A stretch of 64,000 bases of DNA from Lachnospiraceae bacterium. Lineage in GTDB: Bacteria; Bacillota; Clostridia; Lachnospirales; Lachnospiraceae. A program made the translations under genes and the position numbers. Below are positions 18,780-27,664 of this stretch, in pieces; the stretch's first letter is position 1, and the number at the start of each line of letters is the position of its first letter. The stretch is from the NCBI GenBank assembly GCA_045627905.1, contig JAZQOO010000006.1:6301-70300 (forward strand), given 5' to 3'. A model generated the notes under the pieces. The model made no database searches. It was not told the origin of the DNA and saw only the letters and a program-made list of their open reading frames with translations.

Positions 18780-20387
18780 ATGGCTTCAAGAAATGGTTAC
18801 TTTCAAGTCATTATAAAAGGCGGCAAAACGTATGTAAGGCTCGTACCACCGGTTGACGGAGGAGAGCCTATTTTACTAAATGAATTAAGAGAATATTTAG
18901 CACGAAATAGATTTGAAGTAGACCCGACTATACTTAGTAAGGAATTATTTGAATTAGCAGAGCCTAAAGAAATACTTCTTGCAAGTGTTGCGGGTTATCC
19001 TATAAATGAATGTTTTGCGATGGAGATTTCAGCTGACAGAATGCAGGCAATTGTGAGGTTTTATCCTGCATCAGATGGGGATGTTAAAGGTGCTGCACTT
19101 GCATCGGCTGAAATAGCTAATGATTTACAGCATAAAGGTATTAAGGCAGGTGTCGACGCGACAGCTATAGCTCAGTATGTCAAGGATAAGCATTACTGTA
19201 CGAATTATGTGCTCGCTAAAGGTACGCCACCAGTTCAGGGACAGGATGCAAAGATTGATTATTTATTTAATACAGACAATAGCTTAAAGCCTACACTTAA
19301 TGAAGATGGTACAGTTGATTTCTTTAATCTAAACATTATTTCAAAATGTGCAGCAGGAGATACTTTGGCGCGTCTTACAAAGGAAGTGAAGGGTGAGCCA
19401 GGAATTTCGGTTGTTGGTGAGAAGGTTTTACCAAGAGAAATCAAAGTAAAACGACTTAAATATGGTAACAATATTAAGCTATCAGATGATGAACTGACTA
19501 TTACATCTCTTGTAAACGGGCATGTATCGTTAGTTGATGATAAAGTGTTTGTATCTGATGTTTATGAAGTTGTAGATGTAGATACATCAACGGGAAATAT
19601 TAATTATGTTGGTGATGTAAGAGTTACAGGTAATGTTAAGGCTGGATTTGAATTAAATGTTCAGGGTAGCATAGAAGTTAAAGGTGTTGTTGAGGGCGCT
19701 ATCGTCAAAGCAACGGGAAATATTAGTATTGCGCGTGGTGTTAATGGAATGGGCAAGGGTGTTATTGAAGCTGGTGGAAATGTTGTTGCCAGATTCGTTG
19801 AGAATGCTCATATAACAGCAGGTGGATATGTCCATGCAGAAGCTATTATGAATAGTACTGTTCAGGCTAAAGACAGCGTTACAGTTACAGGTAAGAAGGG
19901 CTTTATTATTGGTAGTAAAATAAGAGCACTTGGAACAGTTGAAGCAAAAACTATTGGTTCTGAAATGGGTGGAGATACAGAGATTGAGGTTGGAACAGAT
20001 CCAATGCTTAAGCTGCAGGTAAATAATCTCCAGGAACTTATAGACGATACAAAGAATAAGATTGAAAAGCTAGAACCAGTTATTGCAACATTTGCTAAGA
20101 AAATAAAAGAGGGCGCGCAGCTTTCGGTTGATCAGATTAGATACTTCAAACAGTTATCTGAACAATATAAGGTTGAGAAGGTTAACTATGCAAATGCTGT
20201 TAAACAGCATGAAACTTTATCTGAACAGATAGCTTCACAGCCTACGAACTCAGCAGTACTTGTTTCTGGAGTACTATATGGCGGTACAAAGCTTACAATT
20301 AATGAAGTATCTCAGGTAATTCAGAGACCAGCTCAGCATTCAAGATTTGTTAGAGATGGAGCAGATATTAGAATAAAGGCATTATAA
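18780..20387 (+). CDS. FapA-family (DUF342) flagellar-assembly-associated protein
   Basis: N-terminal FapA-like domain, then a beta-helix region with repeated G-N/D-V/I motifs (GNINYVGDVRVTGNVKAGFEL.V.GSIEVKGVVEGA...) and a C-terminal coiled coil. Confidence 0.7.
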   Translation: MASRNGYFQVIIKGGKTYVRLVPPVDGGEPILLNELREYLARNRFEVDPTILSKELFELAEPKEILLASVAGYPINECFAMEISADRMQAIVRFYPASDGDVKGAALASAEIANDLQHKGIKAGVDATAIAQYVKDKHYCTNYVLAKGTPPVQGQDAKIDYLFNTDNSLKPTLNEDGTVDFFNLNIISKCAAGDTLARLTKEVKGEPGISVVGEKVLPREIKVKRLKYGNNIKLSDDELTITSLVNGHVSLVDDKVFVSDVYEVVDVDTSTGNINYVGDVRVTGNVKAGFELNVQGSIEVKGVVEGAIVKATGNISIARGVNGMGKGVIEAGGNVVARFVENAHITAGGYVHAEAIMNSTVQAKDSVTVTGKKGFIIGSKIRALGTVEAKTIGSEMGGDTEIEVGTDPMLKLQVNNLQELIDDTKNKIEKLEPVIATFAKKIKEGAQLSVDQIRYFKQLSEQYKVEKVNYANAVKQHETLSEQIASQPTNSAVLVSGVLYGGTKLTINEVSQVIQRPAQHSRFVRDGADIRIKAL

Positions 20388-20704
20388 TGATAACACCAAT
20401 ACAGTCAAGTGGGATTATTTCCCAGACACCAAATATTAATCTGATGAGGCAGGGTGAAGAAGACAGACCTCAGACTAATTATCATAATGTACAGAATACT
20501 TTAGAGGCAAGAGAACAGGAAAAGTCGCAGGAGGTTGTCAGTAAAGATAACTCAGATGGTGCAGATACAAAGCATGATGCCAGAGATGAAAGTAAAAATA
20601 AGTATTTTGACATGCGAGATAAAAATAAAAAGAAAAAACAGCCAGACACTGTAGTAATAAAGAAAAATAATGGTGTAAGTGGTGGATTTGATTTTAGAGT
20701 GTAG
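20387..20704 (+). CDS. Hypothetical hydrophilic, Lys-rich protein
   Basis: The ORF start overlaps the fapA stop (TAATG). No recognisable domain. Confidence 0.35.
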   Translation: MITPIQSSGIISQTPNINLMRQGEEDRPQTNYHNVQNTLEAREQEKSQEVVSKDNSDGADTKHDARDESKNKYFDMRDKNKKKKQPDTVVIKKNNGVSGGFDFRV

Positions 20705-20727
20705 TAACACATATTTAGGAGGGACAC

Positions 20728-21576
20728 ATGACACCTATAGGAATAACACTCCTCGTTGCAGGAGTGCTTATTTTTGGAGTAAGTTTTATTATTCCAGACA
20801 AAAATGATGGTAAGGGTTCGAAGAATACCGAAAAGGACAGGGAAGAAATAAGAAAGCTTATGGAAAAGGAGCTAGACTCCATGAAGCTTCGTGTCAATGA
20901 AGCGACAAATGAAACTGTTGAGTTTGGTATGGAAAAATGTGAGCGTTCCCTTGAAAAGCTTTCAAATGAAAAGATAGCTGCTGTAAATGAGTTTGCAACA
21001 TCTGTCCTTGATGAGATTGAAAAAAACCATAAGGAAGTAATGTTTCTTTATGACATGCTTGACAGCAAGCAGGTAGATGTAAAAAATACTGTAAGAAATG
21101 CAGAAGCTACAGTAAGAGAAGTGAATGACGTAACAAATAGTGCGATTCAGCAAAGAGAAGCTGTGGAAGTACAGCTTTCTGAAAGTCAGAAAAGAGAGGA
21201 AGCACTTAATAGGCAGCTTGCAGAGGTTACTAATATGCAGCCAAGAATTATCAGTCCGTCTGTAGAGCTTGTTAGTCCTGAAACTGTTATAAAGAAGCCT
21301 GAAGCTACAGAAATACAGGTGCAGCCTGTTAAAAAGCCTGAACCAGTATTTTTCAGTGGTAAAATAGATCAGAGCATATTCGAAAAAATGGAAAGACCTC
21401 CGATTAATAAGCCTGCTGAGGCTGTTAAAGCAGAACCTAAAACACTTGAGGAAGCTGCTACGAACAATGCAAGAATACTTGCACTCAGTAAGCAGGGTAT
21501 GGATGTAGTAGAGATAGCACGAGAATTAAATCTAGGAGTAGGAGAGGTAAAGCTCGTTTTAGATTTATATAGATAG
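20728..21576 (+). CDS. Hypothetical membrane-anchored coiled-coil protein with an HTH-like C-terminus
   Basis: AGGAGGG RBS, an N-terminal TM helix, a long charged helical region, and the C-terminal segment ILALSKQGMDVVEIARELNLGVGEVKLVLDLY. Confidence 0.45.
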   Translation: MTPIGITLLVAGVLIFGVSFIIPDKNDGKGSKNTEKDREEIRKLMEKELDSMKLRVNEATNETVEFGMEKCERSLEKLSNEKIAAVNEFATSVLDEIEKNHKEVMFLYDMLDSKQVDVKNTVRNAEATVREVNDVTNSAIQQREAVEVQLSESQKREEALNRQLAEVTNMQPRIISPSVELVSPETVIKKPEATEIQVQPVKKPEPVFFSGKIDQSIFEKMERPPINKPAEAVKAEPKTLEEAATNNARILALSKQGMDVVEIARELNLGVGEVKLVLDLYR

Positions 21577-21609
21577 TGATTATAGATTAGTAATTTGTTG
21601 GAACTAAGT

Positions 21610-22533
21610 ATGAAACTCAGAATGTATTTGCGTGGACTGGGCATAGGAATTGCGGTTACAGCGGTTGTTATGTCATTTACAGTCGGTTCAAAAAATAATA
21701 ATAAATTATCTGATGCTGAGATAATGTCAAGAGCAAAGGAGCTTGGAATGGTTATGGAGGACACAACACTAAAAAGTGGACTGTCAGAAGAAGAACCAAA
21801 ACAAGATGAGAAGGAATCTGGCAAAGAAGAGGTTAAGCCTGAAGAAATAAGCAAGGATAAAGAAGAAGCTAAGCCTGAAGAGGTAAGTGAGGATAAAGAA
21901 GAGGCTAAGCCTGAAGAGGTAAGTGAGGATAAAGAAGAGGCTAAGCCTGAGGAAGCAAGCAAGGATAAAGAAGAAGCTAAGCCTGAAGAAGCAGGCAAGG
22001 ATAAAGAAGATATTAGGTCTGAGGAAAACAGTAAGGCTACTGAAGAAATAAAAAAAGAAGAACCTCAGAAAGAAGAACAAAAAAAATCTGATGAAGAAAT
22101 AAAATCTGAAAAAGAAGAAGTAAAGTCGGAAATTAATAATTCAAAAGATGAAGCATCAGGTAAGGTTCAAAATGAAAAAAAAACAGATGAAGCTATAGAA
22201 TCTGAAAAAGGAAATAAAACAGATGATAAAACAAAGTCTGAAAAAGAAAATAAAACAGATGATAAAGTAAAGTCTGAAAAAGATAAAAAACAAGATAACA
22301 AACCTGATGAAAAAATAAATAAAAAGGGTCAGTTCAAATTAAATATTTCAGGTGGTGTTTCTTCTTATGCAGTGTGCGAGCTATTAGAAAAGGGTGGAGT
22401 TATAAAGAGTGCATCTGAGTTTGATAAATATATATGCGCTAAAGGTTATGACAGAAACATTACAACAGGTGAGCATATAATACCTGAAAATGCGGACTAT
22501 GATACTATTGCTAATATTTTAGTGGGGAAATAG
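21610..22533 (+). CDS. Hypothetical membrane-anchored Lys/Glu-repeat protein with a MltG/YceG N-lobe-like C-terminal domain
   Basis: TM helix (LGIGIAVTAVVM), KE-rich repeats, and a C-terminal segment (ISGGVSSYAVCELLEKGGVIKSASEFDKY...TTGEHIIP..ADYDTIANIL) resembling the LysM-like lobe of YceG/MltG without the catalytic part. The start is uncertain (TTG 21595 or ATG 21610). Confidence 0.45.
   Translation: MKLRMYLRGLGIGIAVTAVVMSFTVGSKNNNKLSDAEIMSRAKELGMVMEDTTLKSGLSEEEPKQDEKESGKEEVKPEEISKDKEEAKPEEVSEDKEEAKPEEVSEDKEEAKPEEASKDKEEAKPEEAGKDKEDIRSEENSKATEEIKKEEPQKEEQKKSDEEIKSEKEEVKSEINNSKDEASGKVQNEKKTDEAIESEKGNKTDDKTKSEKENKTDDKVKSEKDKKQDNKPDEKINKKGQFKLNISGGVSSYAVCELLEKGGVIKSASEFDKYICAKGYDRNITTGEHIIPENADYDTIANILVGK
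21823..22002 (+). repeat. Five tandem 36-nt (12-aa) repeats, KEE(A/V)KPEE(V/A/I)S(E/K)D
   Basis: The direct tandem repetition is visible in both DNA and protein. A looser SEK.NKTDDK.K repeat follows at about 22195-22300. Confidence 0.85.
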
Positions 22534-22543
22534 AGGAATAAAC

Positions 22544-23413
22544 ATGAAGATTGCTATTTGTGTTGATGCAAACAGTGGTTATACAAGAGAGACAGCGGAA
22601 AAAGAAGGATTTTTTTTCATGGATATGCCAGTCATAATAGACGGTGAGAATTATATCCAGGGAGTTAATCTGACTAATGATGCTTTTTATGAGGCACTTG
22701 CTTCGGGAAAAAATGTCACAACATCACAGCCGGCTCCTGGAGATATATTAGATTTCTGGGATGCTATTTTAAAAGATGGATATGATGAAATAGTACATAT
22801 TCCGATGTCAAGCGGTTTATCGACAGCGTGTGATACAGCGAGGATGCTTGCAGATGACTATGATGGAAAGGTTCAGGTAGTTGATAATCACAGAATAGCT
22901 GTCACACAGTCAAGTTCTGCTATTGATGCAAAGCGTATGGCTGAGAACGGCTATAATGCAGAGCAAATCAAGGAAGCGCTTGAAAAGGCGGCCTATGATT
23001 CTGGAATATATATTGCCGTTGATACACTTGAGTATCTAAAAAAGGGTGGAAGGGTAACACCTGCTGGTGCTGCACTTGGTGCGTTGTTAGGAATAAAACC
23101 AATCTTATCACTTTCTGGTGGTAAGCTTGATGCATATGCGAAGGTAAGAGGAACAGCGAAGGCAAAGGCAAAAATTGTTGAGGCGGTTAAAAAGGAAATA
23201 GAAGAAAGATTTCCAAATGTTCCAAAGGAGAAGATTCGTATATTTACAGCAGATACGTTAATGACTGAAGAGGAAGAAGCAGAATGGCATAAGTATGTGA
23301 GTGATGCATTTTCTGAATATGGGGAAGTAGATAGCAGAAAGCTTTCATTAAGCATAGGAACTCATATTGGTCCAGGTGGATTTGCTGCAGCATATGCGTT
23401 AGAGTTAGTATGA
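22544..23413 (+). CDS. DegV-family fatty-acid-binding protein
   Basis: Typical DegV length and motifs (KIAICVDANSG...TTSQPAPGD...HIPMSSGLS...HIGPG). Confidence 0.85.
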   Translation: MKIAICVDANSGYTRETAEKEGFFFMDMPVIIDGENYIQGVNLTNDAFYEALASGKNVTTSQPAPGDILDFWDAILKDGYDEIVHIPMSSGLSTACDTARMLADDYDGKVQVVDNHRIAVTQSSSAIDAKRMAENGYNAEQIKEALEKAAYDSGIYIAVDTLEYLKKGGRVTPAGAALGALLGIKPILSLSGGKLDAYAKVRGTAKAKAKIVEAVKKEIEERFPNVPKEKIRIFTADTLMTEEEEAEWHKYVSDAFSEYGEVDSRKLSLSIGTHIGPGGFAAAYALELV

Positions 23414-23471
23414 TATACTGAATAAGATAAGTAATTATAATGATTTATGTTTTAATTAAAAAATAATAAAT

Positions 23472-23499
23472 AAAAAAGCATCCTTGCGGATGCTTTTTT
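23472..23499. terminator. Bidirectional Rho-independent terminator between convergent degV-family and CAP genes
   Basis: Stem gcatcc (23478-23483) / ggatgc (23488-23493) with a ttgc loop, flanked by A6 upstream and T6 downstream. Confidence 0.8.
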
Positions 23500-23517
23500 A
23501 TTTCATTCAAAACGTGA

Positions 23518-24087
23518 TTAATATCCAAATTCCTGTGCCCAATAATACTGACCATCATTAGCAACATAGATTGAAATTGCAACAGATGTGAAATCAGGCC
23601 ATAAGATATTTTCTCTGTGTGCTGGACTGTTCATCCAAGCGTTCACTGCTGAACTTGCATCGTAGTAACCGTAAGCAAGATTTTCACCACTCATTATACG
23701 GCTGTTAACTGTGTACCAAGCTCTTCCATCAGGTCTTGTGTGAGAGAATGATCTTGAACATTCCTCTGCTCTTACTGCTGATGTTGATTCTAGGTTGTTA
23801 GACCAAACAAGTGGGGCTAAACCATTGGCAGAACGTTCTGAATTAACAAGATTGAACGCTCTTAACGCTTCACTTCGAAGTGTTGAACTACCATCGGATG
23901 TATCAGCAAGAGCTATCAATTCATCATCGAAGTACACTACTGTATCTTCTGCGATTTCTTCTGCTGTACGAAGTGTTGCGCCATCGTCTACACCGCTCTT
24001 ACCCCCGTTCATATAGATGATGCAGGCACAAACAGGAACCATGAGAAGCGCTAATGCAACGCCGAAAATCTTAGATTTCTTCTTCAT
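23518..24087 (-). CDS. Secreted CAP/SCP (YkwD-like) domain protein
   Basis: Signal/TM N-terminus, then LVN.ER...GL.PL.W...L...A..RA.E......HTRP.G......GEN.A.G.....AV.AWMNSP.HR.NIL, typical of the CAP superfamily. It is the only minus-strand gene in the window. Confidence 0.7.
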   Translation of the reverse strand: MKKKSKIFGVALALLMVPVCACIIYMNGGKSGVDDGATLRTAEEIAEDTVVYFDDELIALADTSDGSSTLRSEALRAFNLVNSERSANGLAPLVWSNNLESTSAVRAEECSRSFSHTRPDGRAWYTVNSRIMSGENLAYGYYDASSAVNAWMNSPAHRENILWPDFTSVAISIYVANDGQYYWAQEFGY

Positions 24088-24321
24088 GTGTCCCTCCTTT
24101 CATAAATTACATAAACTCGACTTTCTCTTACAGTAATTATGTCACATGTGTAGTGCAAATGCAACAAAAACACATAAAACACTCAAAATATCTGCTATGT
24201 GACAAAACATAACTAATCTTATTCTACTTATAAAGACGACTATTTATTACAAAAAGGCTCAGCTTAGTGTGTTTTAAAGTCATTTATGATAAAATAAATT
24301 CCAAATAAAAGGAGAGTCTTA

Positions 24322-24648
24322 AACTCAAGCAGTTACGTAGTAGATGGTATAGAACATAAAGAAGAGTATTCATACAGTAGTAATGATGTGACAGAGCTTA
24401 TAGTGTAATCAAAAACGCAATGGGAGATGTAGTAGCATTATATGACCTGTATGGAGCCTTAATAGGAATAAATCATAATCAGGACTACAGCGACACATAT
24501 GGAATGCTTAAGAAGAATCCGTGGTAAAAACTACAGAGCATTGAATAATGACGGAACCTGGTCTGAGATTGGAAAGAAAAATCCTAAATTAACTAATAGT
24601 ATAAAAGATTGGATTGTTAGTAATGGGTGGAATTTACCAAATAATTAA
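24322..24648 (+). pseudogene. Decayed 3' end of an RHS/YD-repeat polymorphic toxin gene (three short out-of-frame pieces)
   Basis: 24322-24408: SYVVDGIEHKEEYSYSSNDVTELIV*. 24420-24527: MGDVVALYDLYGALIGINHNQDYSDTYGMLKKNPW*. 24529-24648: NYRALNNDGTWSEIG...GWNLPNN*. The YD-repeat-like motifs sit in alternating frames with no long ORF. Confidence 0.4.
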
Positions 24649-24665
24649 AGGAGCATTAGTTAATT

Positions 24666-25115
24666 ATGAATAGTGGAAATAATTTATATCCTCAAGTTAT
24701 ATTGCATGATTCTTATGTAAATAAAATATATTATGATAAAAGGAAAATTGTATTTGAATTTGAACCATATGGTTATTATGTAAAGTCAAAGGATAAGTAT
24801 TATGGGTGTAATAAATCTAAGATAATATTTGATTTAAAAGAAGATGAATCTTATGAAATTCAACTAAAAAAGGATATCTGTTTATTTGGATTTGTTTTTA
24901 CAATGGTTGAAGATATATCTATAGAGAAACTGAAAAGAAAACTTGATGCCGGAAAAATTGATATTGAATTCATATATGAGTATTATGCATTAGATAGTTG
25001 TTTTTATGAAATAATGGTACATGAAAAAAATGTTAATAAATGGGGATATTTAAAGCTTGAGATAGCAAATATAGAATACGAATGGGATAAAATAGATTGT
25101 AATTATCCGTTATAG
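24666..25115 (+). CDS. Hypothetical protein; candidate polymorphic-toxin immunity protein
   Basis: Very AT-rich 149-aa cytoplasmic ORF with a GGAG RBS, directly downstream of the toxin remnant. No recognised domain; the role is inferred from position only. Confidence 0.3.
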   Translation: MNSGNNLYPQVILHDSYVNKIYYDKRKIVFEFEPYGYYVKSKDKYYGCNKSKIIFDLKEDESYEIQLKKDICLFGFVFTMVEDISIEKLKRKLDAGKIDIEFIYEYYALDSCFYEIMVHEKNVNKWGYLKLEIANIEYEWDKIDCNYPL

Positions 25116-25418
25116 TTGATGATTTTTCTCTTAGAAGTCGATGGCTTCATAACTGGAGCCATAACAGGAGGAATAACAAGTAATCATTGCTTTGTAGCAG
25201 GAACGGCTGTCGTAACAGTATCAGGATATAAACAGACAGAAAACATAAAAGCAGGTGATAAGGTATACGCAGTAGACAGTGATACAGGAGATGTGTCAAT
25301 AAAAAATCAAACGGGAGAATTCACAGTTTTAGGAAACGCAGAATCCCTAGAGAATGGTTCTTTGAAAGCATCTGATTTACCTGAGATTAGAATATGGAAA
25401 GATGATAGTGGAAAATGA
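25116..25418 (+). pseudogene. Orphan/truncated polymorphic-toxin fragment carrying the start of a Hint (PT-HINT) domain
   Basis: CFVAGTAVVTVSGYKQTENIKAGDKVYAVDSDTGD matches the N-terminal Hint motif (C-F-x-x-G-T...I..I..GD.V). The ORF has no credible N-terminus or RBS (TTG directly after the preceding stop), and the Hint domain breaks off after about 45 aa. Confidence 0.55.
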
Positions 25419-25661
25419 CAACGACAAATGGTGGAACATCCATTAAATTGAAATGTGGTAATAGTTTAATCTATGGAATACCATTTGTTTTATATGATAG
25501 AAATGATCGATTGGTGCTTAGGAAGAAACTGGATGATATACTTTCTGTGAGAGGGTAGTCTATAATATGGGGTGGTTCAGCAGTCTGTGGTGGTTTGGGA
25601 TTTGATGAGATTGTTAATTTGGAAAAATATACCGTTATTTTGAAATAGAGGTGAGTGATTA

Positions 25662-26102
25662 ATGGAAAAGATAATAGAATGCGAACTAAGTAGAAAGAAA
25701 ATAATTGAACGTATATCTGCGTTGATTGAAGGCGATATAAAAATATCAGAATATCACATAAGTGGTATTGAAAGTTGCTATGGAAAAATTAATAATAATT
25801 GCAGCTTTGATTTGTATTTTAAACAGGCTTTTTTTGTTAGGATAGAGGGGTGTTTTATTGATGATAGCAATGAACTGAAAGTGAGTATATATTGTAATTA
25901 TTGGAAATATATATTTATTGGGCTATTATATGGTATGGGAATCGTTTCCGTAATCCTGAGTATGTACAAACATTTATATATTTTATCAATTATGATTTGT
26001 TTAGCAGTAATGTTCATGAATCTGTGGATTATAATAGTAGAACATATAATTCTTAATAGTTATTATGATGCATTATATAGTTTGTTGACACGCAAAATAT
26101 AA
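25662..26102 (+). CDS. Hypothetical membrane protein (possible immunity protein)
   Basis: 146 aa with GAGGTGAG RBS and two C-terminal TM helices. AT-rich, no recognised domain. Confidence 0.3.
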   Translation: MEKIIECELSRKKIIERISALIEGDIKISEYHISGIESCYGKINNNCSFDLYFKQAFFVRIEGCFIDDSNELKVSIYCNYWKYIFIGLLYGMGIVSVILSMYKHLYILSIMICLAVMFMNLWIIIVEHIILNSYYDALYSLLTRKI

Positions 26103-26234
26103 AAATGAATTTTATTGTGGAGATAGTGGGATTTATTTGGGTGAATCTGTGGAAATTTAACAACAGCAGGAAATTATTCACCTAAAAATGCTTGTGATAT
26201 AATATATTCTAAATAAGAAGGAGTTAAGAAAGCT

Positions 26235-27293
26235 ATGGAAAATACAGAGGTAAATAAACAGCGAGAAACAGGTCTTGATATTGTAAAAAGTATTGCAGCA
26301 TTTTTTGTAATAGGTGTTCACTTTTATTTGAACTGTGGTTATTATTCCGAGCCACTTATTACTAAAAAACTATTTGTTATGACTAATGCCAGATGGCTGT
26401 TTATGATTTGTGTGCCATTGTATATTATGGTGACGGGGTATCTTAAATCTAACAAGACTATTTGCAAAAAGCATTATATGTCGTTGATACCATTATTTAT
26501 TGCGTATTTTGTGATAAATATTTACAAGATGCTAGTTGTCAATCATGTTTTTGGAAATCTTTATACTATGGATTTTGCTATTAGAAATTTGGCTAATTAC
26601 CAGATTGCATGGTATATGGGAATGTATCTTTCACTTGTACTTATAATTCCTTTTTTGAATATGATGTGGAAAGGGTGTAAGGATAAATCACAGCATAGGA
26701 TTCTCATTGGTTCATTTGCATTTGTTTCAATGCTTTATCCAATATTCTTATATATAGTTCCATCATATTGGCAAATGCTTTATCCTATTGTATATTATTT
26801 TTTGGGTACGTATTTATATGTGTACAGACCAAAGGCTAATAAGCTGTTTCTTATCGCCACAATGCTTGTGATGGTACTATTTGAATCATGTGTGTCATGG
26901 CATTTTGCAAAAGGTGGCAATTTTGATTGGACTATACTTGGACCTACAGATAATGGTTATTCTACAATAACGGTTGCCATAACGGCAATTTGTATGTTTA
27001 TGCTATTTTATGATGTGCAAATAAATAATAAACTTGTAGCTTCTGTATTCAAATCTATCGCTGGATGTACGTTTGAAATTTACTTATTTTCCGGAGCATA
27101 TGATATGATTATTTTCTACTATCTTAAGAGATATATTTTCAATGCTCAGGGATTTTTCTGGTGGTTCTTTGTTACAGTTCCTGCATCATTTATTTTAGCA
27201 TGGATATCATCATTGATATATAAGCTTTTGTATAAGAAAATTTCTAGATTAGTAGTCAGTCTTTTTTCTAAAAGAGAAGAGAAATTGTCGTAA
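26235..27293 (+). CDS. Acyltransferase family 3 (integral-membrane O-acyltransferase)
   Basis: About 350 aa, around 10 TM segments, and the family-typical N-terminus (R..GLDIVKSIAAFFVIGVHF). Confidence 0.75.
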   Translation: MENTEVNKQRETGLDIVKSIAAFFVIGVHFYLNCGYYSEPLITKKLFVMTNARWLFMICVPLYIMVTGYLKSNKTICKKHYMSLIPLFIAYFVINIYKMLVVNHVFGNLYTMDFAIRNLANYQIAWYMGMYLSLVLIIPFLNMMWKGCKDKSQHRILIGSFAFVSMLYPIFLYIVPSYWQMLYPIVYYFLGTYLYVYRPKANKLFLIATMLVMVLFESCVSWHFAKGGNFDWTILGPTDNGYSTITVAITAICMFMLFYDVQINNKLVASVFKSIAGCTFEIYLFSGAYDMIIFYYLKRYIFNAQGFFWWFFVTVPASFILAWISSLIYKLLYKKISRLVVSLFSKREEKLS

Positions 27294-27426
27294 AAATCAG
27301 GCGAATAAAATATTGTTTAAAATATTTTAAAATACTAACATACGAGCACATAATTATGGACAGCCAAACATTTATAATTCATGTTAGAAAATAAGTTAAG
27401 TGAATTATAAATGGAGGGTATATATT

Positions 27427-27651
27427 ATGAGAGGACAGAATATTATAAAAGGTGCTGTATTAGTTAGTTTGATTATATTCAACATTATATTGCAGGTAAT
27501 GTGTGATTATAGCCAGAAGCCAAGATGTATTGTTGATGAATGTAATCATGTAAGAGCGAAGACTGAATTTTACTGTAAAAATCACAAACATTTTGAGGAT
27601 TTTGAAATAGATATTCAGATAATAAGGGTAGATGCAGATAAAAGCAAATAA
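27427..27651 (+). CDS. Hypothetical small membrane-anchored Cys/His-motif protein
   Basis: ATG with GGAGGG RBS, one TM helix, then CIVDECNH...FYCKNHKH (a possible zinc-ribbon-like motif). Confidence 0.3.
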   Translation: MRGQNIIKGAVLVSLIIFNIILQVMCDYSQKPRCIVDECNHVRAKTEFYCKNHKHFEDFEIDIQIIRVDADKSK

Positions 27652-27664
27652 AGAGAGGGATTAG

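Noticed and set aside
21369-22080. Minus-strand ORFs of 209 aa (SSGLASSLS repeats) and 98 aa opposite the KE-repeat gene.
   Set aside because: They are antisense shadows of the GAA/AAG-rich repeats. They have no RBS, and the plus-strand gene has a TM anchor and a recognisable C-terminal domain.
24140-24210. 8-nt inverted repeat (atgtcaca/tgtgacat-type) in the promoter region of the CAP gene, as a possible operator.
   Set aside because: It is short, widely spaced and in AT-rich intergenic DNA. That is not enough evidence for a regulatory-site call.
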